A stretch of 64,000 nucleotides of DNA from Escherichia phage HP3.2. Below are positions 37,760-46,374 of this stretch, piece by piece. The stretch lies in the sequence record OP978391.1; one strand, given 5' to 3'. Made by a program: the position numbers and the translations under genes. Within the stretch, counting starts at the first letter, position 1, and each line of letters begins with the position of its first letter. The notes under the pieces are model-generated. The model was not told the origin of the DNA. It saw nothing but the letters and a program-made list of their open reading frames with translations, and ran no database searches.

Positions 37760-38323
37760 TTATTTACCTAGTTTACTTATTATAGCTTCTGCAGCAGCTT
37801 TTAGCTTAGATGCAGTGTTAATACGATTTTTAATTTCAGTATACGCATCGCCAAGAACATCAAGGCTATCAGAATAAACACTTACACTATTGCGTTCGCT
37901 ATTTGAAATAGAACCTTTAGTTTTGCGGTCAAAATCGGTGTACACGTCTTGAAGATCGCGGGCTGCCTTCTTTGCATCATCCAATGCATCAAGAGCTTTA
38001 TTCAAAGCATTAACGTATTTTTTAGTGTCGAACATATTCTTAGAAATTTTAACAGGTGCGCGTTCAGGAGTAGCTAACACAGATTTAGGAACCTGAGCGC
38101 CAGATGCCAATTTCTTAGAAATTTTGAAAAATGCTTTATTGAATTTATTTTCTTGACTCATTGTAAAAGAACTATTATCGATGTTGTACATTTCAATAGC
38201 TTTAGCTTTCCACTTAAGAAAATCGCCGCGGTCTTTTGGGTCCAATTGGAAGAATACTTTAGTAAGATCTGCTTCAGATGGTAATTTTGCTGCTTCGGTT
38301 AAAAATTCGGCATAGGTTTTCAT
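37760..38323 (-). CDS. Internal-protein-like protein with capsid-targeting N-terminus
   Basis: 187-aa ORF starting MKTYAEFLTE, which resembles the T4 internal-protein capsid-targeting sequence MKTYQEFIAE with an LxE cleavage site. Confidence 0.6.
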   Translation of the reverse strand: MKTYAEFLTEAAKLPSEADLTKVFFQLDPKDRGDFLKWKAKAIEMYNIDNSSFTMSQENKFNKAFFKISKKLASGAQVPKSVLATPERAPVKISKNMFDTKKYVNALNKALDALDDAKKAARDLQDVYTDFDRKTKGSISNSERNSVSVYSDSLDVLGDAYTEIKNRINTASKLKAAAEAIISKLGK

Positions 38324-38413
38324 TTAAAATCCTTGAAATAATTTATCGGTTGGTTATTAATTATTTATTACTTTGTTACTATCCGTAACAGCGTTATCCG
38401 AGTGATTCAAACT

Positions 38414-38444
38414 AAAAAGCCCCAACCTTTCGGTCGGGGCTAAG
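38414..38444 (-). terminator. Rho-independent terminator (repeat copy 1)
   Basis: Minus strand reads GCCCCGACCGAAAGGTTGGGGC followed by TTTTT; 31-nt sequence identical to 38971..39001. Confidence 0.6.
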
Positions 38445-38448
38445 AATG

Positions 38449-38922
38449 TCATTTGATTTGTTTAGCAGACCAAATGCGGTCTTTAATAATTTTTTGGATG
38501 TCTTCAACATACTCAAGAGAGTGAACATGTGGATTATCTTTGAAACTATAAGCACGGGCTAACTTTTGGCCTTCGGTTTTGATTACTAAAAGCTCTTTAA
38601 GGATAGCTTCATATTTAGCGATAATTCCTTTAACGATATTTTTTTCTTGTGCCGCTTTAGGATCTGCTTTAGGAGCAGGTTTACCCGAAGCCTTTGCAAA
38701 AGCAGCGCCAGTAGCAACTAAACTTTTCCAGGCCATACTAACTGCATTTCCCGTAAATCCTTCCGCTTTCATGTCGCGTGCAAACTGGAATCGCGATTCA
38801 TCAGAAGCATCTTTATAGGAATATTTACCCGCGGCAATGGCAGCTTTTGCAACAGCTTGAATTTCGGTGCTAGATGCTTCATTTAACACCGCTTCATTTA
38901 AAAATTGAGTATATGATTTCAT
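38449..38922 (-). CDS. Internal-protein-like protein with capsid-targeting N-terminus
   Basis: Start taken at MKSYTQFLNE (157 aa) after AGGAAA; Ala/Lys-rich body; the longer track ORF crosses the promoter and terminator. Confidence 0.55.
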   Translation of the reverse strand: MKSYTQFLNEAVLNEASSTEIQAVAKAAIAAGKYSYKDASDESRFQFARDMKAEGFTGNAVSMAWKSLVATGAAFAKASGKPAPKADPKAAQEKNIVKGIIAKYEAILKELLVIKTEGQKLARAYSFKDNPHVHSLEYVEDIQKIIKDRIWSAKQIK

Positions 38923-38950
38923 CTTATTTCCTATTTTAATTTGTAGATTT

Positions 38951-38970
38951 AATATACTAATATTTATACC
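38951..38970 (-). promoter_or_regulatory. T4 late promoter (TATAAATA) for the 38449..38922 gene
   Basis: Minus strand reads GGTATAAATATTAG, with TATAAATA about 40 nt upstream of the ATG. Confidence 0.55.
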
Positions 38971-39001
38971 AAAAAGCCCCAACCTTTCGGTCGGGGCTAA
39001 G
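38971..39001 (-). terminator. Rho-independent terminator (repeat copy 2)
   Basis: Identical 31-nt hairpin plus U-tract as at 38414..38444. Confidence 0.6.
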
Positions 39002-39039
39002 CCTTGCGGCAACCTTGTCGGGGTTCCACCTGCTAAGGC

Positions 39040-39300
39040 AAGTGTTTGTACGAAACGCCGGGATTCGAACCCGGTTATTAAGTAGTTGACGCTACTCAAT
39101 ATTTTTAAAAGGCCATATCTCGACCATATCCGAACGTTCCGTCAAAAACGCTACTCGGCTTACGGCAAAGATATTTCCTCGAATCGATAATTCGGTGCGC
39201 CGTTTCTGCTGTGATAGTAAAGAGCCAGAACACAGTAAAACTGTGGGAGGAAACTATACTCCAGGGAACATCAGTCCGACGACTTACCGGTAGCGACCCG
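39040..39300 (-). ncRNA. Candidate structured non-coding RNA
   Basis: About 260 nt with no ORF on either strand, locally GC-richer, several stem-loops including a tRNA T-arm-like hairpin CCGGGTTCGAATCCCGG; bounded 3' by the 38971..39001 terminator. Confidence 0.35.
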
Positions 39301-39305
39301 GTTTC

Positions 39306-39656
39306 TTAATATTCTTTTAAAGAATCAATATATTCACGGCGTTTACGCCACAAATCAATTGCTTCATACGCGGATTCAGCATTTCGAATTAGCCGGCATT
39401 TATGTAAAGACTTATGATTTTGATATTGTGTAGATAACGGAATTGTATCTAAAAGGTCTTTACGATCAAAATATTTGTAACCATCTAAACCAAATGAACG
39501 ATTTTTGAGAAATTGCCAATGACCATATTCGTTTTCGACATAAACATAATCTGCATGCTGATAAAGCAAATTAATTACACGTTCAGAAATAACAGTATCA
39601 TTATGATTAAAATAGAATGTTAAATCATGAACTACTAAATAAACATTACCTTTCAT
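39306..39656 (-). CDS. Hypothetical protein
   Basis: 116-aa ORF immediately 3' of the tRNA array. Confidence 0.5.
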   Translation of the reverse strand: MKGNVYLVVHDLTFYFNHNDTVISERVINLLYQHADYVYVENEYGHWQFLKNRSFGLDGYKYFDRKDLLDTIPLSTQYQNHKSLHKCRLIRNAESAYEAIDLWRKRREYIDSLKEY

Positions 39657-39664
39657 ATTTTCCT

Positions 39665-39740
39665 CACTTATAATTGGTCGAGGCAGTAGGGATCGAACCT
39701 ACGACCTAGGACTTAGAAGGTCCTTGCTCTTCCTTCTGAG
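39665..39740 (-). tRNA. tRNA-Arg (anticodon UCU)
   Basis: 76-nt cloverleaf folded by hand: acceptor CGGGGCA/TGCCTCG, anticodon loop CUUCUAA, T-loop GGTTCGATCC, encoded CCA. Confidence 0.8.
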
Positions 39741-39744
39741 CTAT

Positions 39745-39820
39745 GCCCCGTAATTGGGGTGACCGATGGGAGTCGAACCCATGACTACGAGAATCACAAT
39801 CTCGAGTTCTACCAACTGAA
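39745..39820 (-). tRNA. tRNA-His (anticodon GUG)
   Basis: 76 nt: acceptor GTGGCCG/CGGTCAC, discriminator C, anticodon loop UUGUGAU, T-loop GGTTCGACTCC, encoded CCA. Confidence 0.7.
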
Positions 39821-39944
39821 CTACGGCCACATTAATACCTACTCCAACAATCAAGATGTCTTCACACGAAATTAAGAGAAGAGTGATCAGTTCAACCCCT
39901 ATAATCGCGTCAAGTAGATATTAATGTGACAGTTGTCACAAATT

Positions 39945-40019
39945 TGGCGGACGTGATAGGATTCGAACCTATAACCAATCGCTTAACAGGCGATCGCTCT
40001 GCCATTGAGCTACACATCC
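39945..40019 (-). tRNA. tRNA-Asn (anticodon GUU)
   Basis: 75 nt: acceptor GGATGTG/CACGTCC, anticodon stem ATCGC/GCGAT, loop CUGUUAA, T-loop GGTTCGAATCC, encoded CCA. Confidence 0.7.
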
Positions 40020-40023
40020 AAAT

Positions 40024-40110
40024 TGGTGGGGAGTGGTGGAGTCGAACCACCCGAGTCGCAATGACAATGAATTTACAGTCCACACCGCTACCTCTACGGG
40101 ATAACTCCCC
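40024..40110 (-). tRNA. tRNA-Tyr (anticodon GUA), long variable arm
   Basis: 87 nt: acceptor GGGGAGT/ACTCCCC, anticodon loop CUGUAAA, variable arm resembling E. coli tRNA-Tyr, T-arm GGTGGTTCGACTCCACC, encoded CCA. Confidence 0.65.
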
Positions 40111-40119
40111 AAATTAATT

Positions 40120-40194
40120 TGGTGGCCCTGGGTGGAATTGAACCACCATCTGGCGATTATGAGTCGCTTGCTTGAACCTTCCAGCTACAGGGCC
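40120..40194 (-). tRNA. tRNA with CAU anticodon (Ile2-lysidine type or Met)
   Basis: 75 nt: acceptor GGCCCTG/CAGGGCC, anticodon loop CUCAUAA, T-loop GGTTCAATTCC; sits where T4 has tRNA-Ile. Confidence 0.7.
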
Positions 40195-40195
40195 T

Positions 40196-40271
40196 TGGTG
40201 CTGATTGACGGAATCGAACCGCCGACCTTCTCATTACAAGTGAGTTGCTCTACCTACTGAGCTAAATCAGC
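40196..40271 (-). tRNA. tRNA-Thr (anticodon UGU)
   Basis: 76 nt: acceptor GCTGATT/AATCAGC, anticodon loop CUUGUAA, encoded CCA. Confidence 0.8.
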
Positions 40272-40276
40272 AAAAC

Positions 40277-40366
40277 TGGCGGAGGCGATAGGATTTGAAC
40301 CTATGAGTCGCCGGAGCGACTGCCGGTTTTCAAGACCGGTGCATTAAACCACTCTGCCACGCCTCC
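40277..40366 (-). tRNA. tRNA-Ser (anticodon UGA), long variable arm
   Basis: 90 nt; sequence GGAGGCGTGGCAGAGTGGTTTAATGCACCGGTCTTGAAAACCGG... matches T4 tRNA-Ser from memory. Confidence 0.85.
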
Positions 40367-40368
40367 AG

Positions 40369-40442
40369 TCTCCGTGGCAGGATTTGAACCTACGACATTC
40401 TGCTCCCAAAGCAGACGCTCTACCAAACTGAGCTACACGGAG
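40369..40442 (-). tRNA. tRNA-Pro (anticodon UGG), CCA not encoded
   Basis: 74 nt: acceptor CTCCGTG/CACGGAG, anticodon loop UUUGGGA; ends 2 nt before tRNA-Ser with no CCA (Pro-Ser dimeric precursor layout). Confidence 0.8.
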
Positions 40443-40452
40443 TAAATTAAAT

Positions 40453-40526
<74 letters not shown>

Positions 40527-40531
40527 AAATT

Positions 40532-40618
40532 TGGTGCGAGAAGTGGGACTCGAACCCACAAGGAAATCATTCCGCAGCATTTTAAGTGCTGTGCCTTTAC
40601 CAATTTGGCCATTCTCGC
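40532..40618 (-). tRNA. tRNA-Leu (anticodon UAA), long variable arm
   Basis: 87 nt GCGAGAATGGCCAAATTGGTAAAGGCACAGCACTTAAAATGCTGCGG...; matches T4 tRNA-Leu from memory. Confidence 0.85.
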
Positions 40619-40619
40619 G

Positions 40620-40692
40620 CTGGGAATAAAGGACTCGAACCTTTGCATCCTGGAATCAAAATCCAGTGCCTTACCAACTTGGCTAATTCCCA
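40620..40692 (-). tRNA. tRNA-Gln (anticodon UUG), CCA not encoded
   Basis: 73 nt: acceptor TGGGAAT/ATTCCCA, anticodon loop UUUUGAU; abuts tRNA-Leu with a 1-nt spacer (Gln-Leu dimer layout). Confidence 0.8.
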
Positions 40693-40789
40693 ATTATTAA
40701 CAAAGGCTCTTAAGCAAGAACCCTTGATGATAGAGGGTATTAATCAGTGCGATATGAGTTAATAATAACAAATAATTCTTAAAGCATAT

Positions 40790-41077
40790 TTACCATTTAT
40801 AATAATACATATTTACGATGCATTCAAGACCCAAAGGATTCTTGAAAATATCATATTCAAGAGGACCTTTTTCTGTTTCAATAAAGAAATCAAAATTTAC
40901 TGTATTAAATTTACGTTCTTCCTTCACTAATTTAACTTGAGAAGATGAACGGTCAATGTAAACCTTTTCAACTTCAAAACATGTTAAAATGCCATAATCA
41001 TCAATCAAAGCTTTAGCCGCGTCTTGATCATATTTATATCCATTTTCAATGGATGATACTTTCGCATAAAGAATCAT
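40790..41077 (-). CDS. Hypothetical protein
   Basis: 95-aa ORF 5' of the tRNA array. Confidence 0.45.
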   Translation of the reverse strand: MILYAKVSSIENGYKYDQDAAKALIDDYGILTCFEVEKVYIDRSSSQVKLVKEERKFNTVNFDFFIETEKGPLEYDIFKNPLGLECIVNMYYYKW

Positions 41078-41079
41078 TA

Positions 41080-41478
41080 TCAGCCTTCATCAACAATAGT
41101 GTGAGTATTAGCATTTACGATTTGCCACCAATCAAAGCGATTAGAATCCATCGGTTTGTTTTCATTTTCTTTGATAATGTCACGGAGTTCATCTTCAGAG
41201 AATGCTTTAGCAATTAAATCGGTATACCCACCACGGGGATAATAATTATCACCTGCAAACAAAAGGAAATTTACCTTCCCGGAAGCAACATATGCTTCCT
41301 TAGGATACTTGTTTCCTGCGTGGTCAACCACTTCAATATAACGGTAAGGAATATCGGTTCTTTCAACCCATTGCCATGCCGCCGCAGGGGAATCGAAAGC
41401 ATCTACACCTAAACGATTATCTTCATCTTTAGACGGATTATTTTCGTAATCCGCATATACATAATATTCAACGTTCAT
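41080..41478 (-). CDS. Hypothetical protein
   Basis: 132-aa ORF. Confidence 0.5.
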   Translation of the reverse strand: MNVEYYVYADYENNPSKDEDNRLGVDAFDSPAAAWQWVERTDIPYRYIEVVDHAGNKYPKEAYVASGKVNFLLFAGDNYYPRGGYTDLIAKAFSEDELRDIIKENENKPMDSNRFDWWQIVNANTHTIVDEG

Positions 41479-41663
41479 TATTCACCTTTAGAAATTTTAT
41501 CCATAACAATAGCAATTAAACCAATTAAAAATGCTACTACAAGTGAAAACACATTTTCTGCTGTAGTCAATAATCCACATATAAATCCAACAAACATTGA
41601 AAAACTAAAAGCGGAAGCAGAAATTGCAATAGCAACATTTCGAATTAATTCACAACGTTTCAT
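41478..41663 (-). CDS. Small membrane protein
   Basis: 61-aa ORF with two hydrophobic segments. Confidence 0.45.
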   Translation of the reverse strand: MKRCELIRNVAIAISASAFSFSMFVGFICGLLTTAENVFSLVVAFLIGLIAIVMDKISKGE

Positions 41664-41680
41664 TTTATTCTCCTCAGTAG

Positions 41681-41721
41681 TAGATAGGGTAATAGTATCA
41701 CTACCCTATCTAAAAGTAAAC
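41681..41721 (-). promoter_or_regulatory. Early promoter overlapped by a stem-loop
   Basis: Minus strand reads GTTTAC, spacer, then TACTAT, lying within inverted repeat AGATAGGGTA...TACCCTATCT. Confidence 0.45.
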
Positions 41722-41955
41722 TTATTTTTTACGAAAAATTGATTTATTTTCTGCTGCCCATTTTTCAATAACTGCAGCAGGACCAGTAACAACAATTTTA
41801 TCACCGTAATCTTCTGCGGCGAGTTGACCGAAATTATCTAATGCATCACGAAGAACTCCATGAGGCATTTCACCCATTTTATCTTTCTTGCCAATGTAAA
41901 TAAACTCAACTTTTACATCAGCAGTTTCAGCAATAAATTCTTGGTAAGTTTTCAT
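41722..41955 (-). CDS. Internal-protein-like protein with capsid-targeting N-terminus (ipI-locus type)
   Basis: Start at MKTYQEFIAE, identical to the T4 internal-protein capsid-targeting sequence as recalled; 77 aa. Confidence 0.65.
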   Translation of the reverse strand: MKTYQEFIAETADVKVEFIYIGKKDKMGEMPHGVLRDALDNFGQLAAEDYGDKIVVTGPAAVIEKWAAENKSIFRKK

Positions 41956-41980
41956 TTTGATTTCCATTTGGTTTTGTTTT

Positions 41981-42019
41981 GATAAGGTAATAGTATCACA
42001 ACTAAAACCCTATGTAAAC
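41981..42019 (-). promoter_or_regulatory. Early promoter overlapped by a stem-loop
   Basis: Minus strand reads GTTTAC, 18 nt, then TACTAT, with a flanking inverted repeat. Confidence 0.45.
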
Positions 42020-42031
42020 AACTTTGTGAAA

Positions 42032-42289
42032 TTATTTTAAATCTTCTAATCGTTTCTTCATCTTAGAACCATTTTTAGCAATTTCTCCTGCATCGGAGCA
42101 TAATGCTAAAAGTGCTTTAACTTTAGTTTGGTCTCCTTTAAAAGATGAAGGATCGACCGCAGCAGCAAGTTCTTTAATACGAGAGAAAAGACGCTCAGCT
42201 TCAGCTAAAGCCATTCCAAGCTTTACTTCCATACCGTGGGAAGATTCAGTGATAGTAGTTTTTGTAGCAAACTCTTTGAAAGTTTTCAT
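42032..42289 (-). CDS. Internal-protein-like protein with capsid-targeting N-terminus
   Basis: 85-aa ORF starting MKTFKEFATKTTITE. Confidence 0.55.
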   Translation of the reverse strand: MKTFKEFATKTTITESSHGMEVKLGMALAEAERLFSRIKELAAAVDPSSFKGDQTKVKALLALCSDAGEIAKNGSKMKKRLEDLK

Positions 42290-42310
42290 TTTTATTTTCC
42301 TAATTAATTT

Positions 42311-42350
42311 TGATGAGGTAATAGTATCACTACCTCATCAGTATGTAAAC
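42311..42350 (-). promoter_or_regulatory. Early promoter overlapped by a stem-loop
   Basis: Minus strand reads GTTTAC, 18 nt, then TACTAT; inverted repeat TGATGAGGTA...TACCTCATCA spans spacer and -10. Confidence 0.5.
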
Positions 42351-42362
42351 AACTTTGTGAAA

Positions 42363-43047
<685 letters not shown>

Positions 43048-43048
<1 letters not shown>

Positions 43049-43773
43049 TATAGTACCTTTAGTGTATTTTTAATTTTAGAAAAAAGTTCTTCAAGAGAAC
43101 CATCGTTTGTAATTACTAAATCGCCATCACGAATTGGCAATCCAGCTTCTGTAATATGTGTATCATTGGATTTTTGGCCAGGACGAACTACATGAATTAC
43201 TGTAGCACCCATCGCCCTAGCCGCATCCATTTCATGATCTTGACGGGTATCAGGAACGATATAATAATCATAACCTGAGTTAAATTTATCAAGATAATCT
43301 AAAGAAAATAATTTTACCCAGTACATGCGGTCGAAGTTATTAACAATCAAATCCGTACCTAGGGCTTGCATCAGACGACGGACTGACCATTGATCTTCAA
43401 TATTATTTATAACGTCAGTAATTTTGTTAAATGCTACGAAATTAACTGATTCTTTTCCTTCGTCATCAAAAACAAACACACCTTTAATTGGGCTTTTACC
43501 ATTAAGATAGCAAAATGCTTGTTCCATAATCATAATTACTTCTAATTTAGTCAAATTCAAATTAGTCTCACGATCATAGTCAATTCCTTCAAACTCTCTA
43601 CGAGTTAAGCAAGGATAGTCAGTGTTTGCTGCAAATACACCCCATGCATAAGCCAATGCATCTTTAATAGGACCAGCAAGTTGATATTTAACTGCAGAAT
43701 AATTATTCATGATAAAATCTGCAGTAGTATCTTTTCCACTACGCTTTACACCACTTAAAAAGATTAGTTTCAT
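43048..43773 (-). CDS. 1: dNMP kinase gp1
   Basis: 241-aa ORF MKLIFLSGVKRSGKDTTADFIMNNYS... with P-loop; matches T4 gp1 from memory. Confidence 0.9.
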
Positions 43774-43794
43774 GTGTTTCTCCTCAAATTTAGT

Positions 43795-43828
43795 TAAGAT
43801 TATAACACATGAAACTGAAGCATTAAAC
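43795..43828 (-). promoter_or_regulatory. Candidate MotA-dependent middle promoter for gene 1
   Basis: Minus strand reads TAATGCTTCA (MotA box), 11 nt, then TGTTATAAT. Confidence 0.5.
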
Positions 43829-44353
43829 TTCTGCTATAATTTTGCCATCTTTTTCTACTTGAAAATACGTATAAGGAATCGTTGCTGTGCATACTAAAGC
43901 TGGGTCTGAATCTTCCGTGTAGCTAAATTCTACTTCAGACAGGTCAGAAACCCAAGGCTTATAAAAATTTATTGACATCACGATTTCAGTTTTACTATTA
44001 TCTAAAATGTAAAGCGTAATGTATTCAGGACCTGTTTTTTGGGCAGTATTTTCGCCTGTAAGATAGTTACTAGTTCCTAGCATCCATTCATACATTCCTA
44101 TCCACGACTTAAGCTCTTCGTCAACTATAAATCTCACGATGAGTGGATCGTATTCAAATGTAACTCCTGGACGTTGTGCTCTGCCTAGTCCAAACGGCCC
44201 AGTCACGGTATCAGTAACAGGTATCCTAATTCCTGGAATAGGAACTGACTGAGCATTTAAAGTAAAAGCAGATGTAGTATTACTATGTGGTATTGATACT
44301 ACAAAGTTAGTTGTATTTGCTTGGTTAAAAATTTGTTGCAGTGCTTGCGACAT
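43823..44353 (-). CDS. 3: Tail-tube terminator/sheath stabiliser gp3
   Basis: ORF 43823..44434; start taken at MSQALQQIFNQ (176 aa). Confidence 0.75.
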   Translation of the reverse strand: MSQALQQIFNQANTTNFVVSIPHSNTTSAFTLNAQSVPIPGIRIPVTDTVTGPFGLGRAQRPGVTFEYDPLIVRFIVDEELKSWIGMYEWMLGTSNYLTGENTAQKTGPEYITLYILDNSKTEIVMSINFYKPWVSDLSEVEFSYTEDSDPALVCTATIPYTYFQVEKDGKIIAEV

Positions 44354-44459
44354 ATATTCCTCATAATGCTTTATAAATGTTGGTGGTATAATGGGTCTAA
44401 GTCCCTTCCATTCAATTCCAATTAGAACAAACAATAGAAAAGAATGGAAGATAATAGAA

Positions 44460-45284
44460 TTAGATATTTGACCAGACTTTGTTTGCAGAGAAACGTTTTC
44501 CTTTTGAAACGAACTGCTGAAGTGGCATTAACACAACGTTCGCCCAGTCTTTCGGGGCGATTTCAACAAGGCTACCCATAATATTACCAGGTATATATGC
44601 CTTAATCATTTGGTCTGCACCCCTAAATCCTTTCACTTGACTCCAATCAATTTTTAATTTCGTTTTATTAGTAATAGTAGGTGTATTTGCATATTGCTTT
44701 AAAAGCTCTTCTAGAAATTGCTGACGAGCTTTAGGTGGAATATAGTGCAAGTTTAATCCGTACATTAAATTATGTTTACCTAAACCAAGGTAAATTATTA
44801 AAGGAAATTTATCCCAGTAAGGAAGAGTTTCCTTGTGTTTAGCATCATAAGCAAAAGCATATATTCGTCCCGGCTGCGGGCGAACAACTTTATGTCCTTT
44901 TACTTGCTTAATAGTTTCAGCAAACCACTTTCTGGTTTTATTATTAATTGCTGCACCTTCATTACGAATTTTATCACGCAATGTTTGTCTGAATGAATTT
45001 ATCATAAGCAGTTGTCTTTCTTGCTTATTGAGTTTATTCATTGGTTTTGATTCAAGCTTTTGAATCTTTTCAGCCGTTTTAATTCCTGAAGCATATTTTG
45101 ACATTGCTGAAGTAAACGTAGAGTATTTGATTCCTCTTTCTTCAGCAAATTGCTTTCCTGTCATTCCTTTTGCTTTGGCCTTTTTATATTCAAGACCTAT
45201 CTGAATCCATTTCTTTTCGTTTAATGATTGCTTAACCTTTGGAACTTGGGGAGTGCTTTCATTAATTATTTGAAAAATAGCCAT
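44460..45284 (-). CDS. 2: DNA end-protector protein gp2
   Basis: 274-aa ORF in the T4 gene 2 position. Confidence 0.8.
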
Positions 45285-45736
45285 TATGCCCCCTTAAAGC
45301 CAAGAGCTCGTAATCCATCTTCTGTCAGAATTCTAAATTTTATTCCACGCTTTTCAGCTAAAGATTGCGCTGCTTTCCATTTGTCAGTATTAACGGAATA
45401 TGTATAAATTTCATTCATAAATCTTTTCTTCGCTGCAGTTGTTAGATGTGCCGGTTTAACTGGTGGTTGTGTTTCTTTTTTAGGTTTTATTTCAATAAAA
45501 AATTCTTGTCCAGAAGAATCTTTCATCCAAATATCCATGAAGTATCTACGTTTTTTCCCTTCTGCATTACAAAAATAAGGAATTACTGCTGTTTCACTAC
45601 CCCATGCAATAATTTCTGGATTTTTATCTAACCATTCAAAAAAGAATTTTTCCCAATTTGATCTATACGTAATTTTTTTAGGGTCACCTCTATACTTTGA
45701 TATATTTTTAGGAACCCATTTTCCAGAATATGCCAT
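45284..45736 (-). CDS. 4: Head completion protein gp4
   Basis: 150-aa ORF; shares 1 nt with the gene 2 start. Confidence 0.8.
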
Positions 45737-45745
45737 TGGATTCTC

Positions 45746-45772
45746 CTTATAAATAGATAATATATTTATAAA
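45746..45772. promoter_or_regulatory. Divergent late promoters between genes 4 and 53
   Basis: TATAAATA on the plus strand at 45748..45755 (gene 53) and on the minus strand at 45763..45770 (gene 4). Confidence 0.65.
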
Positions 45773-45783
45773 CAGGAGGGCCC

Positions 45784-46374
45784 ATGCTCTTTACATTTTT
45801 TGATCCGATTGAATATGCGGCCAAAACGGTGAATAAAAACGCGCCGACTATTCCTATGACAGATATTTTTAGAAACTATAAAGACTATTTTAAACGCGCT
45901 CTTGCGGGATACCGCTTACGTACTTATTATATCAAAGGTTCACCACGCCCGGAAGAATTAGCAAATACTATATATGGAAATCCACAGTTGTATTGGGTTT
46001 TATTGATGTGTAATGATAATTATGACCCGTATTATGGATGGATTACTTCACAAGAAGCAGCTTATCAAGCATCTATACAAAAATACAAAAATGTAGGTGG
46101 AGACCAAATAGTATATCATGTGAATGAGAACGGTGAAAAATTTTATAATTTAATATCATACGATGATAATCCATATGTTTGGTATGATAAAGGTGATAAA
46201 GCTAGAAAATATCCTCAATATGAAGGAGCACTTGCTGCTGTTAATACGTATGAAGATGCTGTTCTTGAAAATGAAAAACTTCGTCAAATAAAAATAATAG
46301 CAAAATCAGACATTAATTCATTTATGAACGACCTTATACGTATAATGGAGAAATCTTATGGAAATGATAAGTAA
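45784..46374 (+). CDS. 53: Baseplate wedge protein gp53
   Basis: 196-aa ORF at the start of the plus-strand late block. Confidence 0.8.
   Translation: MLFTFFDPIEYAAKTVNKNAPTIPMTDIFRNYKDYFKRALAGYRLRTYYIKGSPRPEELANTIYGNPQLYWVLLMCNDNYDPYYGWITSQEAAYQASIQKYKNVGGDQIVYHVNENGEKFYNLISYDDNPYVWYDKGDKARKYPQYEGALAAVNTYEDAVLENEKLRQIKIIAKSDINSFMNDLIRIMEKSYGNDK

Noticed and set aside
38923-39099. N-terminal 59 residues of ORF 38449..39099
   Set aside because: They cross a late promoter, a terminator hairpin and part of the structured non-coding region; the real start is MKSYTQFLNE at 38922
39040-39300. Reading the structured region as a tRNA with a long intron
   Set aside because: An acceptor-like pairing can be forced only with a mismatch and about 170 nt between stems; no D-arm or anticodon arm in a canonical position; better left as an unclassified structured RNA
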